37,049 nucleotides of DNA from contig CAIYMZ010000066.1 of assembly GCA_903927415.1 (NCBI GenBank), positions 1 to 37,049 of the forward strand, in the 5' to 3' direction. This DNA comes from an uncultured Alphaproteobacteria bacterium. Its GTDB lineage: Bacteria; Pseudomonadota; Alphaproteobacteria; Rickettsiales; UBA1997. Below are positions 27,601-33,720 of the stretch, in pieces (positions within the stretch are counted from its first letter, which is position 1; each line of letters opens with the position of its first letter). The notes under the pieces are model-generated. The model did not search any database, was not told the DNA's origin, and saw only the letters and a list, made by a program, of their open reading frames with translations. A program made the position numbers and the translations under genes.

Positions 27601-28742
27601 TTGGTGGCATTGAGGCAATCTCAGCAAAAGCGGAGGAGCTAGCAAAATCTGCTGAAGAAGCGCTACAAAAAAATGCCGTAGCAATATCTAAAGAAATAAC
27701 AACTCAAATACTGAAGCTAAGAGACTCGACAAAAGCCGCCAAAGAAGCTGATGAACAATACAAACAAGAGAGGGAATCTTTGCTAGAAATACTTTTGCCA
27801 AAAGATTTCAAGCATTCCTTATCTTCAACAAAAGATGTGGAAGAAGCTTTGGATAGATGGGTCGAAGTTTACCGCGTTAAAATCGCCGAAGGCATAGACA
27901 AAGCAGATTTGCGCCAATTTGTTGCCGACAATTTACCCGTTACAACTGACAAAGAAACCACGCGCCGAGTTGTAAATCTCGCGGTGCTTGGAAGTAACGC
28001 CGAACTAGCTTTATCCGAATCAAGAGAATCCATGAGTGAGGTGCTTAACTCCGTGAGTCTTGGTTTAGCTCCAGCTCTCAAAAAAGAAGGAGAAGAGACG
28101 AAGGCTACGGTGGTAGAAGCAGCAAGACTAATAGAGCCTACTGTGACGAGAGCAAAAACTGATGATGTTGCAAAAAGTGTTGACTCCAACACAGGTGAAC
28201 TAGCCCAAAGCATGCCTGATGATGATGATAGAAGTGTTTACGGAGGCAGTGAAGGTCGGCCAGATCCGGCAGAAGACTTAACTGAAGATTCGGTGGAAGT
28301 TCCGAAAACAAAAACAGATTTACTCAAACGTCTCAATGAAGTAATGCGGAAGAACGAAAAACTTAAGGGAGAAAAAATAAAAATAGATTTTGGAGAACAA
28401 GAATCAAAACACCCAACCTACATGATACTGATAATGGACAAGGCCAAAACAAAGATCATTGGGATTGAACTTCACGGCGGAGAAAAAACCAGAGGCTTCG
28501 GAGATAATCGAGAATTATTCGACAGCAAAGGTAAGGTTAAAGAAAAACACGAAGAAACTCTGGGGGAATTTTTACAAACTTTTAGTGAAATGAACAAAGG
28601 CAATAATCGTGAAGTTGATTCTATAGTGGCAAGCTTAAGAGACGCTGGTGTAAGTCCAGGAACTGCTCCTTGTAATCCTACTGCTACTCTTAGTAGCGTA
28701 GCAAGAACCACATCTGTTGGTGGTAGCGCCAGAGATTGGTAG
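24663..28742 (+). CDS. large hypothetical protein (1359 aa, Ala/Glu/Lys/Ser-rich, largely helical)
   Basis: Uninterrupted 4-kb ORF; no recognisable catalytic motif or signal peptide. Confidence 0.85.
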   Translation: MSRPTAGDTASEAVATPTKPRARNPKENVARILARSSDAKTALQAGLAEMRTRLGIAAPEEEATFGSEEAIELAAKVASDELFAAMEAVANRHDKTPEESQADLKNLVVKQKTFLVTTQVAKIARIQSVIDACEGMKKESDLTAFPAHIAALDEKLVKFEAMPSSEKLAKFEAAVSMAEKNLTAAQGVIDKISEFDQKLSSSPKQQRASLIGHKKATDVATNQFLDASITAATDLVSPASLDRLKPRGITHDAVAESVQEFNKEAQARHSEKIAKASTSSATRIHEITAKLGELSKPKGILKRFFAKVNSFFGKSKPDEVIKAELNTELSSIADKDEAWTKEQLSNKKSADSLVKTFTDSDEPEPAIIDHKEIDLNGVKKAVDDLNSNTEIRKALRSKMTADEREKSQKAEFLKSAKDTIQYNRDMAKAHAEGVALPPADNAIKALSAVHAALSAIPLPGMAMVSAALTGAAKAVHSAAKKNRARRVANFASEDAGLQDEIFEQLSEKLYERFSVKTDGRSPLDDLSATGAAKLVVTAVSDMMTRLPDFKLPDGVTVPSVDDKRLKADSKYRQDLSEKYGVTIKEKDLKASPTYLHQIASDIERKMYVDFIAGHLVDATLKPHSKTDRAAEVASSTSFTQANLEGADFVHPQTSTTVRDFIAKAVGKRSEAMAAAAEKEEITAAPTTTKLAAASDNSIEKTFDKQKNKVLEILEQKHLKDDTKTPAEALGNLLESYVAARSDAEENGKTFEPLTFLKESGIIDTGIKFGFRSKARTEFNDKLKEPLIELFKAYDNKLAADKKAQALRSSDDAAPPEAKTAVAEKEEEVEEAAPAEIEEDSQEVEIEDDSTFLSDDNIDPFIGLKDTKALDDPQASERLSKFGTTLDERAKFNPGIGTDEVENGLTSVAIMAVNAVKGMASSAASAASSAMAPLQDFVSSVSERMSEAMTPASDLAARASASLEGIASRTEELTKLVTDRVGGIEAISAKAEELAKSAEEALQKNAVAISKEITTQILKLRDSTKAAKEADEQYKQERESLLEILLPKDFKHSLSSTKDVEEALDRWVEVYRVKIAEGIDKADLRQFVADNLPVTTDKETTRRVVNLAVLGSNAELALSESRESMSEVLNSVSLGLAPALKKEGEETKATVVEAARLIEPTVTRAKTDDVAKSVDSNTGELAQSMPDDDDRSVYGGSEGRPDPAEDLTEDSVEVPKTKTDLLKRLNEVMRKNEKLKGEKIKIDFGEQESKHPTYMILIMDKAKTKIIGIELHGGEKTRGFGDNRELFDSKGKVKEKHEETLGEFLQTFSEMNKGNNREVDSIVASLRDAGVSPGTAPCNPTATLSSVARTTSVGGSARDW

Positions 28743-28747
28743 CGCTT

Positions 28748-29680
28748 TTATTTTCTCACTTTTCGCGGCAACGCAAAAAAAGTATTCTCCACAATCCCAT
28801 TCATGTCACTCACAGGCACGTCGGCATTGGCAATTTCTCTAATTTTCTCAACCACTTCCTGCACCAAAATTTCCGGCGCTGAAGCTCCTGCGGTGAGACC
28901 GATATTTTCCACTCCTACAAACCAGTGTGGCTCAACATCCGCCGCGCCATTGATCAAATAAGATTTTAATCTGCACTCTTCGCCAAGATCGCGCAGACGA
29001 TTTGAATTCGAACTATTTTGCGCTCCGATTACCAACAGCACATCCACCATTTTAGTCAAGCTGCGCACCGCGTCCTGCCTGTTTTGGGTGGCGTAGCAAA
29101 TATCTTTTGTCGCTAGACCTTGCTGCATTTGCGGAAATCTTTTTTCGAGAATTTCAGCAATTTTTTTAGTGTCATCGACGCTCAAAGTTGTTTGCGTAAC
29201 GTAAGCAATCTTGGCCGAATTTTTAATTTCAACATTGCGTGCATCTTCTTCGCTGGTCACTAGAATCACGTCCTTCTTGACGCGGCCGCTTGTGCCCGCA
29301 ACTTCAGGATGACCTCGGTGACCAATCAAAATAATTTCGTAATCTTCTTCTTCGTATTTTTTTGCTTCGCGGTGAACTTTGCTAACCAATGGACAAGTGG
29401 CGTCAATTACGTCCAAACCTCGCTTTGCAGCATCTTCCTCAACCTTATCCGAAACGCCATGAGCTGAAAAAATCGCAATTGCGCCAACAGGAATTTGATC
29501 AACCTCACTGACAAAAATTGCGCCTTTTTTGCGCAAAGATTCAACGACGAACTTATTGTGAACAATTTCGTGACGCACGTAAACCGGCGGCCCAAATTTA
29601 GCGAGTGCCTTCTCCACAGATTCAATTGCACGAGTAACTCCGGCGCAGAATCCGCGCGGTTTAGCAAGGATGATTTTCAT
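28748..29680 (-). CDS. ispH: 4-hydroxy-3-methylbut-2-enyl diphosphate reductase
   Basis: PRGFCAGV, IVHN, FSAHGV, DATCPLV, QTTLS, DICYATQNRQ, NSSNS, TAGASAP. Confidence 0.97.
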   Translation of the reverse strand: MKIILAKPRGFCAGVTRAIESVEKALAKFGPPVYVRHEIVHNKFVVESLRKKGAIFVSEVDQIPVGAIAIFSAHGVSDKVEEDAAKRGLDVIDATCPLVSKVHREAKKYEEEDYEIILIGHRGHPEVAGTSGRVKKDVILVTSEEDARNVEIKNSAKIAYVTQTTLSVDDTKKIAEILEKRFPQMQQGLATKDICYATQNRQDAVRSLTKMVDVLLVIGAQNSSNSNRLRDLGEECRLKSYLINGAADVEPHWFVGVENIGLTAGASAPEILVQEVVEKIREIANADVPVSDMNGIVENTFFALPRKVRK

Positions 29681-29706
29681 TTGTAAATTTCAAAAAATGA
29701 TGCAAC

Positions 29707-29744
29707 AAAAAACCTCGTCAATTGGAAAATTGAGCGAGGTTTTT
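29707..29744 (-). terminator. probable intrinsic terminator closing the signalling operon
   Basis: AAAAACCTCG-TCAATT-GGAA-AATTGA-G-CGAGGTTTTT hairpin with A/T runs on both sides, 27 bp after the Hpt stop. Confidence 0.7.
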
Positions 29745-29771
29745 ATGAGAAACAGATGTCAATTACAGCAT

Positions 29772-30131
29772 TTATTTTTCTAGCAATTCTTCGTTAATAA
29801 AATCTAACACCAAACGAAACTCGTCCCTGATTTTATTTAAGGTTTCAGTTTTTTGTTCAACGTTATCTTCTGGATGTTTTTGTGCATGTTCCAAAATTTT
29901 TGATAAATCGAATGCGCCGATTGAAGCCGATGCTCCTTTGAATGCATGCGATGCCATATACCACGAATTATTGTCACCATTCTTGATAGCATCATCCATT
30001 TTTACCATATTTCGATGAGCATTTTCTGAAAAAATCGCGAACAGTTCTTTTTCAAATTCAACATCGTTCTCGATTATACTTCTTAAGAATTCTGTATCGA
30101 TAGCCTTCTTATGCTTTTGATTATTTTCCAT
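29772..30131 (-). CDS. stand-alone Hpt (histidine phosphotransfer) protein
   Basis: ASHAFKGASASIGA matches the Hpt HxxKGxSxxxGA motif; 119 aa, helical. Confidence 0.9.
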   Translation of the reverse strand: MENNQKHKKAIDTEFLRSIIENDVEFEKELFAIFSENAHRNMVKMDDAIKNGDNNSWYMASHAFKGASASIGAFDLSKILEHAQKHPEDNVEQKTETLNKIRDEFRLVLDFINEELLEK

Positions 30132-30142
30132 AAAATTATTAA

Positions 30143-30640
30143 TTAATTAGAATTAATTACGAGACTCATGATTAAAGCATTAAGCCTAATACCAGCAGCC
30201 TTAATTTTTTTTGAATTCAAGGTTAATTCAAAATTTCTTCTACCCATCTCGACTTGCACCATGCCTCCTATTTCGGTAAAACCATTAAAAATCGCAATGG
30301 TTAGAATTTTTTCTTTGTTAAATTTTTCGATATCATGCCCCAAACCTTTTTGTTGATTCACCGAAACATAAATTGCTTTGCAATATCCATATTTCGACGG
30401 CTCAAGATCAAGATTGATGTAGCCCTTACTTCGCGCTATAATCTTTGATATTTCGTCACTACCGAAAGAACATATTTCACCATGTTTGATTGTTTGTGTT
30501 GTAGAAACTAGGTCCTGAATAAAACTAGCAAAAGCCGCCGCTTCTTCACTATCCATCACATCAGCAAAAGCTCTAAACATCATCAAAAAAGATAATATTA
30601 ACAAGACAACTAGCTTTATACTCAGGCTTTTAAAATACAT
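30143..30640 (-). CDS. YfiR/HmsC (DUF4154)-family periplasmic regulator
   Basis: Signal peptide, AAF, ICSFG, CKAIYV, LTI...GF..IGGMV...FELTLN...AAGIRL pattern; sits directly after a TonB receptor, the usual context. Confidence 0.8.
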   Translation of the reverse strand: MYFKSLSIKLVVLLILSFLMMFRAFADVMDSEEAAAFASFIQDLVSTTQTIKHGEICSFGSDEISKIIARSKGYINLDLEPSKYGYCKAIYVSVNQQKGLGHDIEKFNKEKILTIAIFNGFTEIGGMVQVEMGRRNFELTLNSKKIKAAGIRLNALIMSLVINSN

Positions 30641-30660
30641 TTTTCAACCACTCAAATTTT

Positions 30661-32652
30661 CTAATATTGCCAAACTGCTTTAAAATAAAATGTTCGACCT
30701 ACTTGAGTTTTGTTGTTGAAGAGACCTGCCTTAAACTCTTGATGACGCTGATCTAGTAAATTTTGAATTCCGATACTCAAATCAAGATTTCGTGTCGGAA
30801 GATAGCCAACCCTAGTATCAAGTCTAAAGTAAGATGGAAGGCCTGCTGAGGCCGTCATTATTCCGCCACTAGTGGCAGCAGTTGCGCCAGCTGTTGGAAG
30901 GTCGTCAACGTAATAGAGAATATTATCAAACTCAATTTTGGATGTGAGATTGTAAAAAGATTTTAATTTAAACTGATTTCTAGGAGACTGCCCTTCGCCA
31001 AATTCAAGCGCAGTAGTAGCGGTATTATCGCTAGAATAGTGGTAGGTATGAAGGGTAATTTTTAAATAATCGTAGCTGGCTTCTAACTTCCAATTATTTG
31101 TTACTTGCCATTTTGTTGAGAGTTCAAAACCGTAAGATTCACCATAGCCATTATTAGCATCGATGTATTTTCCTGCAGAAAGTTTTTCAAATGTTCTTAG
31201 GTTGGTGTAGCGATTAAAAAACGTTGTTGTGTCAATGGAAACCTTGCTCGTTGGTTTAACTCTATAACCAGCCTCATAAGCTAATAGGTCTTCAGAATTA
31301 TAACCTGTTTGACCTTGCTGCAGTCCGTTATACAAGTTCAATCCATCTTCACCTCTGGTAGGTGTTCTAACTGCCCTAGAAACAGAAGCCCATAAAGTCT
31401 GATTACGAGAGGGGTAATATGCTAATTTTGCATTAGGCATATATTCAAAACCGGTAAAATTATTATTCAGAAATTTTGAACCTATGGTGAGATATAATTT
31501 ATCAGCTATAATTCCGATCTTTTCTTGTAAGAACCCGCTATAGACATAGCTATTCATGTTATCTGGATTGTAATTGAAAGGAGTAATACTTCCCACATTA
31601 CTTTCTTCGATATCATCATTAACGCGTCTATAGCCAAGACCCCAAGTAAACTGATTTTCTTTTGAAGCATTGTAAAAATGCTGAAAATCAATGTCGTAAG
31701 TTCTGGCACTTCTTTGCAAAACAGGAATGTGGAATTGATCATAATCGAAATAAGTATTCACCACGATATTCGACTTCTTAGATATTTTTTGATCCCAATT
31801 AACCACGATATTAGCACCGCGTGAATCTTTGTCATTTTGGTCAGGATTTGACAGAGTGGCAAAATAATTTTTTGCTGTGCCACTATAGATATCGCCATGA
31901 ACCGAAACTGTGCTATCCTTGATTGAGCTAATGTCGTATCTGAACCCAGCTCTATCTTGCCTATTTCCATCATGATTTCTTCCTTTTGAGTTATTCCCCG
32001 GAGCATTTGAATCAAACTTATCCAAGCCATCTCTAACCGCATTTTTTACGTAAAATCTGTAACTATCTTTCGCTACCGTTGTTCCACCATACCTAGCTTC
32101 AGTTATTGACTTATCTTGATTACCAAAAATCTGCGAGACATACACTCCCTGTGTTTGAACGGCACTTTTCGTGATAATGTTAATAACACCGTTAACCGCA
32201 TTAGCACCCCAAATTGTTCCTCCCGGACCTCTGACAACTTCAATTCTATCGATATCTTCAATTACATAATCTTGAACATCCCAAAGCACGCCAGAAAATA
32301 GAGGTGTATAGATAATTCTGCCATCAATCATAACGAGAAGTTTGTTGGAATATTCGCTGTTAAAACCTCTAGCTGAAATTGCCCATTTATTACCATTCAC
32401 CCGAGCAACTTGCATACCAGGAACTAGGCGTAAAGCCTCTGGAATTGAAGTTGCGCCCGATCTTCTGATTTCTTCAGACCCAAGAACGTATGTGGCAGAT
32501 GGGGCATCGAAAGCATTTTCTTTCTTTTTGGATAATGAAAAAATTTCAGGATTAAATGAGGCGTTAAAATCTTTTTTATCCTCTGCATTTACTGCTTCGC
32601 AAAAAATTAAAAAAATAACCAATAACTTGAGGATCAGTTTCATAGTTTTCAT
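30661..32652 (-). CDS. TonB-dependent receptor
   Basis: Signal peptide; plug motifs EEIRRSGATSIPEALRLVPG, RGFN...NKLLVMIDGR, IEVVRGPGGTIWGANAVNGVINIITK; C-terminal NLLD...GRTFY..VWQY. Start could be 32643, 32652 or 32664. Confidence 0.95.
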   Translation of the reverse strand: MKTMKLILKLLVIFLIFCEAVNAEDKKDFNASFNPEIFSLSKKKENAFDAPSATYVLGSEEIRRSGATSIPEALRLVPGMQVARVNGNKWAISARGFNSEYSNKLLVMIDGRIIYTPLFSGVLWDVQDYVIEDIDRIEVVRGPGGTIWGANAVNGVINIITKSAVQTQGVYVSQIFGNQDKSITEARYGGTTVAKDSYRFYVKNAVRDGLDKFDSNAPGNNSKGRNHDGNRQDRAGFRYDISSIKDSTVSVHGDIYSGTAKNYFATLSNPDQNDKDSRGANIVVNWDQKISKKSNIVVNTYFDYDQFHIPVLQRSARTYDIDFQHFYNASKENQFTWGLGYRRVNDDIEESNVGSITPFNYNPDNMNSYVYSGFLQEKIGIIADKLYLTIGSKFLNNNFTGFEYMPNAKLAYYPSRNQTLWASVSRAVRTPTRGEDGLNLYNGLQQGQTGYNSEDLLAYEAGYRVKPTSKVSIDTTTFFNRYTNLRTFEKLSAGKYIDANNGYGESYGFELSTKWQVTNNWKLEASYDYLKITLHTYHYSSDNTATTALEFGEGQSPRNQFKLKSFYNLTSKIEFDNILYYVDDLPTAGATAATSGGIMTASAGLPSYFRLDTRVGYLPTRNLDLSIGIQNLLDQRHQEFKAGLFNNKTQVGRTFYFKAVWQY

Positions 32653-32698
32653 AATTTTTAGCAAAAAATGTTAATAATTTAAGAGCCTGATAACGCAT

Positions 32699-33478
32699 TT
32701 AAAGAACTTTGACGCACATTGGAAACATTCGTAAAAAGTTATAAGTTTCTTTTTGTTTCCAAGGATAATTTAACACAATGATGAGCTGATGATTTAATCT
32801 CTTAAATACAATTCGATACTCTCGAGCTATAGCCAGAAGACTGATACCAACTACATAATGATGATTTCGATTTTTTGATTCTGAGATTATTTTTTCAAAT
32901 ATTTTTTCGGTTACAGAACGATCTCTGTGATTTTTTGCCACAACCACTCCCGACACTTCGCTATAACTTAAGCCACTTCTTTCATCCAAAGTTTTTAAAA
33001 CTTCTGTATAATTATACCTAGTGTTTGGAATCTCGTTTGACAAAAGTTCACAATCTTCGGAGAACATTACGCACGCACCGCCAACTAGCTGACCATTTTT
33101 TAGGGCAATAAAAATTTGACCCTGCTTGTCAAATTCACTTTCAAATTGATTAAAATTTTCAAATCCCCACTCATCACGATAGGCCTCATAACGCAAAGCA
33201 TAATACTCATTCAGCAACTTTTGATCTTTTGTAGCAAAAACTTTTATCTCTGATTCTTGAGCTAACTGCTGAACAATCTCTGCATTAACTTTTTCAAAAA
33301 TCGGGATTACATCTCCCCCTCTTTCGATTGTTACAAAATTTTGAATCTGTCCGATCGAATTAGTATTTTGGTTAATTGTGTTGAATCGATTTAACTCCGT
33401 ATCACCTACGACATCAATCATATCAACAGACCTTAGTGGTATCGTTCTGTCTGACATTATACTCTCCATTACTTGCAT
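32699..33478 (-). CDS. LuxI/FeeM-like GNAT-fold acyltransferase (candidate signal synthase)
   Basis: YALRYEAYRDEWGF...ESEFD resembles the LR..(F/Y)...G...E.D.FD block of LuxI and N-acyl amino acid synthases; GQLVGG, YSEVSGVVV and HRD correspond to E.SR..V...R. Confidence 0.7.
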   Translation of the reverse strand: MQVMESIMSDRTIPLRSVDMIDVVGDTELNRFNTINQNTNSIGQIQNFVTIERGGDVIPIFEKVNAEIVQQLAQESEIKVFATKDQKLLNEYYALRYEAYRDEWGFENFNQFESEFDKQGQIFIALKNGQLVGGACVMFSEDCELLSNEIPNTRYNYTEVLKTLDERSGLSYSEVSGVVVAKNHRDRSVTEKIFEKIISESKNRNHHYVVGISLLAIAREYRIVFKRLNHQLIIVLNYPWKQKETYNFLRMFPMCVKVL

Positions 33479-33555
33479 GTTAGTTCATATTTTTAACTTA
33501 AGATATTTTTGGAAAAAAATTCTCATAGTACAAAAAATTATTTGACAGCACTCGC

Positions 33556-33670
33556 TTGCAAACATAGAAAATTTGCAACACGAAATAAAATCAAAGCTTC
33601 CGACAAAACGTCTGAAAGCAAGGTCAGAAAGTCTCTGGTCTGAAAAAAACACAACCAATTAAAATTGGTT
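33556..33670. promoter_or_regulatory. two candidate operator palindromes in the divergent promoter region
   Basis: TTGCAAA-N9-TTTGCAA (33556-33578) and AACCAATT-AA-AATTGGTT (33653-33670). Confidence 0.4.
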
Positions 33671-33720
33671 TTATAGCATCAATGCCAACCTGTTCCAAAA
33701 AGAGATACTGTTTTTAATCA

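Noticed and set aside
24653-28711. Numerous 60-120 aa minus-strand ORFs
   Set aside because: Antisense shadows of the 1359-aa ORF.
32680-32694. TAAGAGCCTGATAAC resembling the MITE terminal repeat (also TAAGAACCTGT at 12062)
   Set aside because: Short, mismatched and without a partner end; could be chance.
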